Shown piece by piece: positions 51,144 through 62,664 of a stretch of DNA of 64,000 nucleotides (within the stretch, counting starts at the first letter, position 1; each line of letters starts with the position of its first letter). The stretch spans positions 620,001 to 684,000 of the forward strand of contig RSEE01000006.1 of assembly GCA_003971905.1 (NCBI GenBank). Reading direction: 5' to 3'. The notes beneath the pieces were generated by a model that was not told where the DNA came from, did not search any database, and was given only the letters and a program-made list of their open reading frames with translations. The translations under genes were made by a program, and so were the position numbers. Source of the DNA: Moniliella sp. 'wahieum'. Taxonomy: Eukaryota.

Positions 51144-54100
51144 ATGCTTCCTCCCTCCTGCGCTCGGCGTCCACGCGCCCGCCAGTGCGCCCCCGCTCCG
51201 CCGCCCTCCTCGCGGCGCGCGCTGCCTCCCCCGCCGCTGCCCGTCTGCTGGCCACCTCGGCCACTCTCCGCCAGGCCACCGCCGCCGACCCCCCCTCGGC
51301 CAACGACAAGTTCCTTACCTCCAACAACGCCTACTATGTCGAGGAGATGCACCGCCAGTGGCAGAGAGATCCGTCCTCGGTCCACTCCAGCTGGAACGCC
51401 TACTTTTCCGGCCTGAGCAAGGGGCTCCGCTCGCAAGATGCTATTGTGCTGCCGCCAGCGCTCAGCGACAGCTCCCTTATCCAGGCCCCCCTCACTTCGG
51501 CACAGGTTCAGGGTGTTGACGCCCAGCTCAAAGTGCGTTGACTTCTTGGCTCTCCGTTCTCATACTGACTCCCCTCTTTCTCTCCCCAAACAGGTGCAGC
51601 TTCTGGTCCGTGCGTTCCAAGTTCGTGGTCACCGTCTGGCTGATCTGGACCCTCTCGGCATCACCCCTCGTAATGAGATTCCCGAGGAGCTAACGCTCGA
51701 GTACTATGGCATTACCGAAGCCGATTTGGGCAAAACAATCAAGGTCAGCCATGCCTTGCTGCCCCACTTTCCCAGTGCCAAGTCGGAGATGACGATTGGG
51801 GAGCTGATTGACACTTGCAAGAAGATCTACTGTGGCTCGATTGGTTACCAGTACATGCACATTCCTGACCGTGAGCGCTGCGACTGGCTGCGCGCTCGCA
51901 TCGAGCGCCCGGACCCCTACAAGTACACCCCGAGGAGAAGAAGCGCATCCTAGACCGTCTTATGTGGTCGGACAATTTCGAGCGTTTCATTGCCAGCAAG
52001 TTCCCCACCGACAAGCGCTTTGGTCTGGAAGGCGGCGAATCCCTCATTCCCGGCGTGAAGGCTCTGATTGACCGACTCGTTGACCACGGTGCTAGCAGCG
52101 TGACGATTGGTATGCCCCATCGCGGTCGTCTGAATGTGCTCGCCAACGTTATTCGTCGCCCCGTCGAAGGTATTCTGAACCAATTCAAGGGTGCCGACGA
52201 TGGCTCGGATGGGGGTGGAGACGTCAAATACCACTTGGGCGCCAACTATGTCCGTCCTACACCCGGTGGCCGCAAGGTTGCTCTTTCGTTGGTGGCCAAC
52301 CCGTCCCACTTGGAGGCCGAGGACCCCGTCGTGACAGGCAAGACCCGTGCTCTGCAAGACTTTGCCGGTGACAAGGACCAAAAGACATCGGTCGCTCTCT
52401 TGCTCCACGGTGATGCTGCCTTTGCGGGCCAGGGTGTGGTGTACGAGACGATGGGCATGTACAACTTGCCCAACTACTCCACCGGCGGTACGATTCACAT
52501 CATTGTGAACAACCAAATTGGCTTTACCACCGACCCTCGCTTCTCCCGCTCGACGCCTTACCCCTCTGACCTGGCCAAGGCCATTGACGCTCCATTTTCC
52601 ACGTCAACGGTGACGACGCCGAAGCAGTCACGTTCGTCTGCCAACTGGCGGCTGACTGGCGGTACAAGTTCAAGAAGGACGTGGTAATTGACCTGGTGTG
52701 CTACCGTCGCTATGGGCACAATGAGACGGATCAACCCTCGTTCACACAGCCACGGATGTATGATGCGATTGCCAAGAAGCCTACGACGCTCAAGCTCTAC
52801 GCCGAAGAGCTGATCAAGGAAGGTACCTTTACCCAACAGCAAGTTGACGAGCACGAAAAGTGGGTATGGGGCATGCTGGAAGAGTCGGCTGTCAAGGCCA
52901 AGGACTACAACCCTGGTGAGCGTGAATGGCTTTCGTCTGCCTGGGAGGGCTTCCCATCGCCCAAGGAGCTTAAGGAGAAGATCCTTGACCACAAGGAAAC
53001 GGGTGTGGACAAGGACCTTTTGCTCCACATCGGAAAGACGGTATCGTCCTATCCTGAAGGCTTTAACGTGCACAGCAACCTTGGCCGTATTCTCCGCAAC
53101 CGCATGAAGACGGTTGAAACTGGTGAGGGTATCGACATGTCGACAGGTGAGGCTATGGCGTTTGGTTCCCTCGTCAAGGAAGGGTACTATGTACGCGTGA
53201 GCGGTGAGGACGTTGAGCGTGGTACATTCTCCCAGCGTCACGCTGTCCTCCACGACCAAAAAACCGAGGAGACTACACCCTATTGAGCACATTGATGCTC
53301 ACCAGGCCCCCTTCAAGATTTGCAACTCGTCGCTGTCAGAGTATGGTGCACTTGGATTCGAGCTTGGTTTCTCGCTCGTTGACCCCAAGAACCTGACGAT
53401 GTGGGAGGCACAGTTCGGTGACTTCGCCAACACCGCGCAGTGCATCATCGATCAGTTCATTGCCTCGGGTGAGCGCAAGTGGCTCCAACGCACGGGTTTG
53501 GTGCTGAGTTTGCCCCACGGGTACGACGGTCAAGGCCCCGAACATTCGTCGGCCCGTATTGAGCGCTTCCTCCAGCTCTGCGATGACACCCCCTTCCACT
53601 TCCCCACCCCGGCTGAGATGAACCGTCAGCACCAGGACTGCAACATGCAGTTGGTTTACACAACCACTCCGGCCAACTACTTCCACGTGCTCCGTCGCCA
53701 AGTCCACCGTGACTTCCGCAAGCCATTGATCCATTTCATGTCCAAGTCGCTTCTTCGTCACCCCATGGCCCGTTCGGAGCTCAAAGACTTCCTGCCCGGC
53801 GCTGGTGGATTCAAGAAGTACATTGCCGACCCCCACGAGGCCGAAGGCGAGGACGCGCTTGTGGAGCCTGACAAGATCCGCCGGCATATCATCTGCACGG
53901 GTCAAGTGTATTACGAGCTGCTGAAGCGTCGCCGTGACCAGGGTATCAAGGACGTAGCCATCAGCCGTCTTGAGCAAATTTCGCCCTTCCCCTATGACGA
54001 GTTGACGCCTCACCTGGACAAGTACCCGAACGCCGACCTTGCCTGGGTGCAGGAGGAGCCGCTGAACAACGGCTGCTGGTTCTACGTTAGCCCTCGTCTG

Positions 54101-54259
54101 CGTACTGCTGCCCTGCACACGGAACATCACCGGAACACGTTCCCCCGGTGCGCCTCGCGCCCTCCTTCGGCATCGGTTGCGACCGGTATCAAGAAGCATC
54201 ACCTGCGTGAACTGGAGAACCTGCTTCACGATGCCTTTGACCCGGCCCTTGCTCACTGA
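51144..54259 (+). CDS. KGD1: Mitochondrial 2-oxoglutarate dehydrogenase E1 component, intron 51533-51593, frameshifted
   Basis: Arg/Ala/Ser-rich presequence; [90 protein letters not shown] (TPP motif); [48 protein letters not shown]. Confidence 0.97.
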
Positions 54260-55436
54260 CTAGCTCGCTCCCCGCGCGACCGGCCGGCTCAACCGGATGG
54301 GAAACCTAGTGGACGTCCTCCTTTGATGTCCAGTCAAGAGACCGTTCTGCCCCCCTTCCTGCTGAGCCAGTCACAATCGCTTCCCCTACTCTCAATGAGA
54401 AGACGAGTACCCCTCCTCTCCCTCCTAGTCAGGATCCTACTCCAACCCATATCCCGACCCCGAACTCGAACTCAACCAACCCCAACCCCAGCGTCAGCTC
54501 CGTCCCCCTCAACGCTACCCTTCCCGTTCGGAACCTGCGCCACTGCCGTGGTGCACGTACGTTCTGGGTTCTCACAAAAACTCTTTGGGGCCTTGTACGA
54601 CTTTTTGAGTCGGTTCGAGTGGTTGGAGGGGGGTCGCGGCGGTGGCCCTAGTCTGTGTCCATTTCATTTCCCTTTCCCTCCTTGCACTGGCAGGGAAAGG
54701 TTGTTGCTCTTGTCACAAATTTTCTCTGCCTCGTTATCAACCCCCCCACCCCACTCTCTCACCTGCCCTCCCCCTGGCCAGGCCAAAGGCTGTGATCACC
54801 CACTTTGGCACTGATGCTCCTCCTTTCAAAAATTAATTCTTTCGGGTTGCTTTCCTTTTTTTCGGCTGCATTGTTCCTAGTGTTGTAACTGGCCGTTTTG
54901 AGGTTTCACCGGCACCCGCGCTGGGAATCGTCGCAGTGCAGCCGGGCGGCAGAGAACTGCGGCTGTGCGCTATCTCCATCCAGCCTTTCTATGCACCTCC
55001 TCTTGGGCTGATGCCTCTCACATAGTACCATGGTAGGCCAACAACTGATGACCATAGCTTTGGGGGTCTTACATCGAACATGCGACACGGGGAAGGCGAC
55101 CTTGCCCATGGGGAGGAATGAAAACGTCGGAAGAATGGATAGCAAAGGCAAAAAGGGCCCAACTGGATGTCATGCATGGAACCTATTGTCGGAACGAATG
55201 GGCGTCTAAATGGCTCAACATCTTGAATATCGACGCTGCTTGCGAGTCTTGGTGCATGTGGATCGTCCGTGGCCAAACGTCAAACGCCAAACGCCGGGGT
55301 CAAGCCCCGAGGCGGGCGCACGGAAAAGAAGGAAGCAAAGTGTCAACGATGAAAGGGCGGGTGCCAACTCGCTTCCCCGGTAACGGCCGTCACGCAGTAG
55401 ACTGCTTCTCGGGGTGCATCGGTAAATACAGTTGGG

Positions 55437-56440
55437 TCAAACTCGAGGGCTTAAGGCAGGGTCGTTGGGTGGTTCGGAGGAACCATTGGAAGCAGAGGCC
55501 TGGAGCGGATGCGGGTGCGGAGCGGTTGTTGGGAAAGCCCACCGGTGAAGGTGTGCACGCAGCCAACGCCGCACAACGTGGCGCTGATACACGAGCAGCG
55601 CCCGCGCCAGCTGGGCCGCCCCAAACGCAGGCCAATTGGTATCGTCAAATAAAAGGAGAGCGCCTTCTGGAACCTGTCTGGGACCCATCTGGACCAGATG
55701 TTGCCGAGTCGGCCGAAGGGCGCAGGCCTGCCACAACAAAAAGTCGGACAATCGCTTGACCCCGCTGGTGCGTACCAGCAGGTCTAAAGGATTGGTCGTC
55801 GGTACCCACAGATGGGCCGCAATGTCGGCCGAGGTGATTTCGTCCGCCTTTCCGTTAGCTTGCTGCGCCAGCTTGTCCTCCACGGCCAACCGGATGGCAC
55901 GCGCCATCTCTTCCTGGGCGTAGGGCATGCAAATGTTCAGCGTGGCGCGATCAAACGACGCGGTGGCCAACTGGATCCGCTCCGCCGCACGTCGTACGTC
56001 GTCCGGCAATAGGTCTAGCCTTCCCGCCACGCGTACGCGGATACGTGGGTGAGATCCAGGCGTCCTGCTTGGCCAACTCGCTTAACGCTTCGCGCGCCAG
56101 CCGCATCAAAGCCTCCACCTCTTCTTGAGGCCGGGATAAATTTTGATGGCCAAGGTGTAGACGCTGACCTCTTTCAGCCGCGGGCCGAGCGCCAAGCAGG
56201 CCCTCAATACCCCAAGCAGTGCCTTGTACCCACCTTGGTGTCCGACCATGACGGCTTGTCCACGAGAACGAGCATACCGCCGGTTGCCATCCATGATGAA
56301 TGCCACGTGCGCGGTACGGGGCCAACGCTGAATGCGGCCGACCAACGCGGGCAGCCCACCGCCTCCAAAGACGAGCGCGACCACCGCACGAACGCCCAGG
56401 CGCCGAGCGCCAGACCAAGAAGCATCGCAATCCCTGGCAT
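55437..56440 (-). CDS. RER2: cis-prenyltransferase (dehydrodolichyl diphosphate synthase catalytic subunit, Rer2/Srt1 family), frameshifted; stop approximate
   Basis: HVAFIMDGNRRYAR, GHQGGY, EVSVYT, NLSRPQEEVEALMRLA, GRLDLLP, LNICMPY, PLDLLVRTSGVKRLSDFLLWQ, NWPAF. Confidence 0.9.
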
Positions 56441-56994
56441 TGGGGGCGGGAGGACTCTGGGGGCGGGCCACGCCAGGGACCTGCGAAGCGTAGGGAGCCG
56501 ACGACCGGAGGCGGGGACGATGCCAACGTCAAGCTTCAACAGTCTGAAAGAAACAAGGCCAAGGCCCCGCCGCCCAGATCGAGTCGCAGTCACGTGCGGG
56601 CGGGCGCCTCGCCGATTTCAAACGTGCATCGCCTCGATCACTTCGTCGTACGTGTCAAAACGCAAACGAGCGCTGAGCCGCGTCAAGCTTCAAGCTTCAA
56701 GTATTCGATTGCCTCTACTCGTTTCCGGTCGTCTGGTAGCATCGCCTTCCGCAGGGGTGCAACCGTAACGCGCGATTGCGCTGCTCTCTAATGGCCGATG
56801 CCTGTATCCCGCCGAGGGGGTCTCTTTCTATCAACTCCCAGGAAGCAGAACGCTTTTGCCCTCGGGGGGAGACAACTATATGATGAGGCACGATGAACAG
56901 GAAAGTACAACCGAACGAGATAGAATGAGCAGGCCACTGAAAGAGTGTGCTCCTCTCCGGCATAGAATATCGATCTGGGTAGCACGTACCCGCG

Positions 56995-57974
56995 TTACCA
57001 CAATTGGTTCATCACAGCCAGCGAGTACTCGACACCAACAAAGTGGCCGCGTTGGCGGGGAAGGCACGTGCCATGGCAGGCCAAAAGCCGCGGAACAGGG
57101 CACTGACTCCATCCGCCGCAACAGTCTTGCGCACACAGTCGGCAAAGCCCGAATATGTCCCAGGAGGGCCCCCTGGATACGGGACTTGATCACATCCGGT
57201 GGAATGGCCAGCGACCACATGGCCATGCCTGCCATCCCACAGCGAGAATGACGTTGACCAAGCTCAACGACTCGCCCGGCTTGGCATCAGCTGGGGTAAG
57301 GCCCTTTTTGACAGCCTCGTAGGCACAGAAATAGGCGGCACTTCCGGGTCCATCACGCGCCAGTGTGGCACCCGCACCACGGAAAATGGACTTGACTCCG
57401 CCCTCGGCATAGAGCTTTTTCAGCACGTCACCCACCCCATTGTACTTGGGTCCATCGCCACCCTGGCCCTGCAGTTGAAGGAGCACTTGACCCGTTCAGC
57501 CGGGGCAGTGACCAGTGTTGTGGGCACAGCACTGAAGAATCCAGCAAAGGCAAGCTCGGGAGCGACAGTGCAGTGTCGGTCCGGTTGGGAGTAACAGCAT
57601 AGACAAGCTTCTTACCAATGTCGTAGGACCAAAAGGAAAGGGCAAAGATGGGGTGACACCAAGCAGAGGGGGCAACATGCCACGATACATGCTTTGCACG
57701 ACAAGAGTTAGTCAAACACAAAGGAATGACAAAAGAAAGAAAACGCACCCGCGAATGCCATCCGCCGCAATCGTCTTCTTGACCACGTCGAGACCGCCAG
57801 TGTAGGTGCCTGGGGGGGCCGTCTGGAGACGCGTCTTGGTCAAATCAAAAGGCTGGCCAACAAGCACGGCAGCCACGCCGCCAAACCCGCCCGAGATGAA
57901 GGACTGATCTGGTCCGTGTCGGTGCGCTGCTGCTCGTAGTTGACCGAGGCATCTTCAACGGAGGGGTCGGACAT
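56995..57974 (-). CDS. CRC1: Mitochondrial carnitine/acylcarnitine carrier (SLC25), intron ~57692-57748, frameshifted
   Basis: SFISGGFGGVAAVLVGQPFDLTKTRLQ; YRGMLPPLLGVTPIFALSFWSYDIGKKL; IFRGAGATLARDGPGSAAYF; MAMWSLAIPPDVIKSRIQ; GFWPAMARAFPANAAT. Confidence 0.92.
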
Positions 57975-60900
57975 GGTGGCCGAGAGGAACGGAGGCTGAA
58001 GGAGAAGGGGAGATGGTAGGGGGAAGCGAAGCGGAGGAGGCTCTGATAAATGCGCCCAGCTATCGCCCTAGCTCAGCACTTGAAGCTTCACCTCACCAGC
58101 CAGGTCACTGATCACCCTTGGTCAATCATTGATCAGCGATCAGGGATCATCCCGGGGCAGAGGGCGTGAGTACGTGAGGACGTGAGGACGTGAGTGGGGC
58201 GGTGGGTGATCATCGATCAAGGAGCGTGGAAACCCCGCTCCCCCCGGCCCGAAGCTGGCCCGGTCCGCCCGCTCGGGCGGGGAGCAGCAGGGGCCCCGCT
58301 TGGCGGCCCCGGTTGGGCCGGCGGCCGCAGCATGTTGGCTGCATGTGGTTGCGCCGCCGGCAACGTTCATTGTTCGGGTGCCGCCCGGGCGCAAAACGCT
58401 GGCTGGCGGCCCGGATGGAAGAGGAGTTGCCCTCGCTATAGTCATCGTGTAACCATGTATGAACCCCCCAAAATGCCTCTGTTACTTCTCAGGACGCTCG
58501 AGACCCTCTCTAAGGGCTGGCCGCAACTCAATGTTCAGCAAGCCCAACACCTCTCAGTGTCTCAACGAACGTTCAGGATGACGTTCACAACGCTCGGTAC
58601 TGTTTTCCCACAGAAAAACAAGGTACAAGCACCAGGCACATATATCCGTCTACGACAGGAATCATTCTGTCATCAGACTTGATAGGGGTTTCTCTCATCG
58701 CTCTTTCCAGATGTGCTGCTTTTTTGTCAAAGAGCGAGCAAACTGGGCTGGCAATGCAGCCACAAGACCTCACCATCAACAATGAATATCCGGGGTAAAT
58801 CCACACCCTGGGTCCACTGAGCTTACATAACCAGCCGAGAAGTGGAACGCTTGCGGTTGCGGGTCAACCTCTGTGTACCACTCTGCGCCACCCCCCGTTC
58901 ACAGCCATGCCTAACGTCTTTGACTAGTCCATCGGGCGCTTGTTACGGGTCTTGCCGGTGCGAGCGTTGGAGGTGTTGGTATGTTTGCTTTGGTATGCCG
59001 GATCATCCAAGCAACGGGCAGAGGTATGCTTGCCATGTTTGGGGTTTATGATGGGGTCACCGGCTACCCAGCTTCCGGGGCCCCATTTGCGTCAACTACT
59101 GACCATCTCGTTGTGTTTGGACAGACGCGCAAGATCCAAGTGCAAGAGGCGATCGATGCTGGGGATTATGTGGAGCCAGTGCCACCGCCTAAGCCCGAGG
59201 GATTAGCGGCACCACCGCGACCCCAAGACACGCCACTGAATGACACGGGCGCTTGATCTACCAGCTGGCCGAAGAGATGATCAAAGGAGTTTTTGAGCAA
59301 GACAAACCGCGCTCATAACCGATGCAAGAACTGCGCTGATTAATGATTGCTGCCCATGTATTCTTCCAACTCCCCTCCCATTTTCTTCCGCTCGACTGGC
59401 CATAGAACCATCCATACCCACTCACCCAATGGTGCCCTGGTGGGCTCAATGTTCACCTAAGCATGCTTCACAGCATGCATAAGGTCGAAGCGCTGGAGAG
59501 TTGTGCATTTCCTTCAAGATATGGGAGGCAATGCCAGACCAAAATGATGTTTCGATGCTCTCCTGTTTTTCGTGTACCTCAGCCAGACTCGATGGTACCT
59601 AGATTGTTTTGGTGTCCGTGTAGATGTCGTTGTTGACTGGATTTCCCCGCTACGGTCACCACTAATGATACGATTGCATCACCCTCGAGAGTCAACAGGA
59701 CTTCCGCGGTCTCAATACCGTATGTGTAGTGCCGGTAATGGTATAAAAGGTGTCGTATTGATATCTCAGGTGGGGCCGTACGCTGCTCGATTGGGGGGTA
59801 TGAGCTGGACAAAGACAATAGAAGTTGGAGCAGCGTGGGGGGACCGACGAGAGAATGTTGGGAGAAGGAGACTTGGCCAAGAGGAGACGGGAGGTGTCGA
59901 TCGACCCAAATGTTTTTTGCTAGAGACGCAACTAATGATACACACTTGTGACTTATTGTCAAGAGCACAGAAAGAAAGTCAAAAGGCGGCAGGCGGTACA
60001 ATGTATTGCTTATTGGCGGCAAAAGAGACATGAGAGAGAAGGACAGGTCCTTATGTATGGACACCAGAAATTGTTGTATTATAAAAGATGCACTATATGG
60101 CGAAGAAAGCGAGGGGATAATGAGCTACTGGCCAATAAGATGAAGCACGTTTAGGTGAGTATAGTATGCGATGATGCGGAGAGAGTGCGCCGTTTCACGC
60201 CTTCGTTTGGAATGTCTTCCCTTCCTGAGGACGGCCTTCTAGTCTCAGACTTGCTTGGCCCTGGACAAGGCTTGCTCTGGCGCTGGCTTCTTCTCCATCA
60301 GCTCTTGGTACTTGTAAGGACACCCAACTTTCGCACATTGCGGCAGCAACTCGCCGGAGCAACTCGTCTCTCGCCCATCTGGCTAAGGCTCAACTGAAAT
60401 CCAATGTTTCAAACCGACGTGCCGTATGGCTTGGATTTTGAAACATGCACACTTGAAAGGTGGGCGGGGAACGTGGACCGATGATCGGGTGATCGGTGTG
60501 CCATTGAATATTGACTGCTTGACCCCACAGCCAGGCCGAGCCCAGGGAATCGGCACAGCGCCTGTCACGTGTCACGTGTCGCAAGGCTGCGACGGCGTGG
60601 GACCGGTGGGCTTCGGGGGGGCGGGGATGCAAAGCACAATGGGGCTTGGAGAGGCTGCCGATAGACAGCGAGTCGCTGGTGTCGAGTGCCGAGTGCCGAG
60701 CGATCCAGCCGATCGATGATTCGGCGCCTCGGTGATAGGGGATGTAGCGACTAGTGATGCATGATGTGTATGATGAGTGATGCCACCGCAAACGGATTTC
60801 TCAAACGCAGCTTCTGGCTCCTCTGAAGCGGCACTGCCCCTTCGGCGGCAGCGGAGTGCTGCGTGGGCCGGCAGGCAAGCAGCCAAGCATGTGGACGACC

Positions 60901-61338
60901 GGCCTCGCACGAGGCCAGTGCATGTCTCCAGGCACCACTGCGCATGGCCCTGGCTGGGCGGCGCCGTGCCCCCCGCCCCCCCCCATGATTGCATAATCGC
61001 TGGCTATGATTGTGATGGGAGTCATTCGAGTGCGTGCAGTCCCGCCACACTGCCCCCGTCCCGCGCAAGGGGTACGCCCACCAGCTGCACAGCGCCAGTG
61101 TGTTGGTGCACCGCATGCCTGCTCTTCCTCCTTAAAAGCCGGCGTCCGCAGCCGTCGGTAGCGCCCCCCCCCACCCCCCCCCCCCTTCCGCTCCCCCTCC
61201 CCTGTCCTCCCAGCCCTCCCCCGCGCGCCCCTCGGCGACGACCGACCTGCTCGTCGCTTGCCGCCTGCCCCCCTAGCGTCCCCCCCCGCTCCCAATCCCG
61301 CTTCTGGCCCAGCACCGGTCTTCTAGTCCGTGGCCTCC

Positions 61339-61356
61339 ATGGTTTTCTACGCCTAA
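61339..61356 (+). promoter_or_regulatory. uORF1 (MVFYA*) in the bZIP leader
   Basis: ATG GTT TTC TAC GCC TAA; first AUG after the TTAAAA element at ~61132. Confidence 0.7.
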
Positions 61357-61498
61357 TTCGCTTGGTCATCCCGACCATCGGTTGTCTCCCCCACAAGATT
61401 CGCTTCAAACAACCACCCCCCGCGTCGCCTGGTTCTTCTCCAGTAGCGTCGCTCCCTTCCCCAAAACCCCCTAGCCACCAGGGAAAGCCTAGCTCGTC

Positions 61499-61675
61499 AT
61501 GGCTTACTCTCGTGTCATCCCATTTGGGCCTTCCGGGGCCCACGGGCTTGGGGCGCGCAGCAGCTCCGTCTGCAGCGCTGCCAGACTTTGCCCTGCTCTC
61601 CCCTACCGAGCGACTCGTCCTCGAAGCCTCGAGAGCCATTCTCCTTTCCCGCTCCCCAAGCCACCCGATCACTAG
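61499..61675 (+). promoter_or_regulatory. uORF2 (58 codons, MAYSRVIPFGPSG..LPKPPDH*) in the bZIP leader
   Basis: GTC ATG G context; read manually to TAG at 61673-61675; the only other AUG before the main ATG at 61822. Confidence 0.7.
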
Positions 61676-61821
61676 CCCCTCTGCTTCAGCGCAACCGCCG
61701 CCTCCCTCCCAATCTACTACCTCTAGTGCATCTGTTCCATCGGATTCGTCGGAGCACGCGAAGACGCACCCTTGTCTTCATCCCCTTGCACCACACAGTC
61801 TCCGCCCCTTCCCCCGCAAAC

Positions 61822-62664
61822 ATGTCTCATGATCTGCAACAGCTGATCGACTCGGTTATGCCGACGATCTCGAGCCCTACCCAACTCCCTGCCCTCCCCG
61901 CTTCCGCGGCGTCCGTCGGCAATGCCAGTCCCACTCGTGAGAGTGAGGATGGGTATGTGACGACGGCTGATCCGGAGGACCTTCTCCTTGGGCTGTCCGA
62001 CTTTTCTTTTGATCCCAGCCTCAAGTCGGCGGATGCTCAGGCGGCTCTCAACTTTATTGGTGTGCCACCTGCGTCCGTTTCGAATGATGATTTGTCCCCC
62101 ACGTCCTCTTTCCCTATCAATTTGACCCAATGGCGGCATCTACGGTTCCGTTTGCTCCGGCACTGCCCTTGCCGACGGATCCGGTTGCTCTCTGGGCTTC
62201 ACTCACCTCCACCCCTCCCAATGGGGGAGACGTCCAGCGCATGCAGCGGCTCGACTTCTCCTCCTTGTCCCACGCAAGCCGTGCGTGGGGAAAAGCGCAA
62301 GCGTCGTACTCGCGAGGCTTCTGAGCTTTTGCCAGTGGATGCGCCGGTGCAAAAGCGTACCTACATCGGCCCGAGCCAGACGTCTCGTCGGGATTACGGC
62401 GCTGCGCCGGAGACGACGGAGGCGGGTGAGGTGGCTGCCACCCCGTCAAACGCCGCGATGGAAGCTCTTTTGGAGAAGCGGCACAAGAACACCATCTCCG
62501 CTCGCCAGTCTCGGAAGAGGAAGGCGGAGGAGCTTACGCAGCTCAAGACTGAGAATGCTCAGCTGCGTGCAGGCAATGATGCCATGGCTGCTGAATTGGC
62601 CTGTGTCCGTGCTGAATTGGCTGCGTTCCAAGCTCGCTTTGCCATGATGTTCCCTGGCATGTGA
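61822..62664 (+). CDS. Gcn4/CPC-1-like bZIP transcription factor (cross-pathway amino-acid control)
   Basis: C-terminal basic region EKRHKNTISARQSRKRK plus leucine zipper, preceded by LLPVDAPVQKRTYIGPSQTSRR (a motif I recall from basidiomycete Gcn4-like proteins) and by a two-uORF leader. Probable compensated frameshift at ~62125-62225. Confidence 0.8.
   Translation: MSHDLQQLIDSVMPTISSPTQLPALPASAASVGNASPTRESEDGYVTTADPEDLLLGLSDFSFDPSLKSADAQAALNFIGVPPASVSNDDLSPTSSFPINLTQWRHLRFRLLRHCPCRRIRLLSGLHSPPPLPMGETSSACSGSTSPPCPTQAVRGEKRKRRTREASELLPVDAPVQKRTYIGPSQTSRRDYGAAPETTEAGEVAATPSNAAMEALLEKRHKNTISARQSRKRKAEELTQLKTENAQLRAGNDAMAAELACVRAELAAFQARFAMMFPGM

Noticed and set aside
53336..54256. Long antisense ORFs (also 10706..11599, 5570..6397, 33116..33820)
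   Set aside because: Shadows of real genes on the opposite strand, caused by GC-rich codon bias.
54906..55400. Small gene between KGD1 and RER2
   Set aside because: Only short ORFs without motifs on either strand; may be UTR or intergenic sequence.
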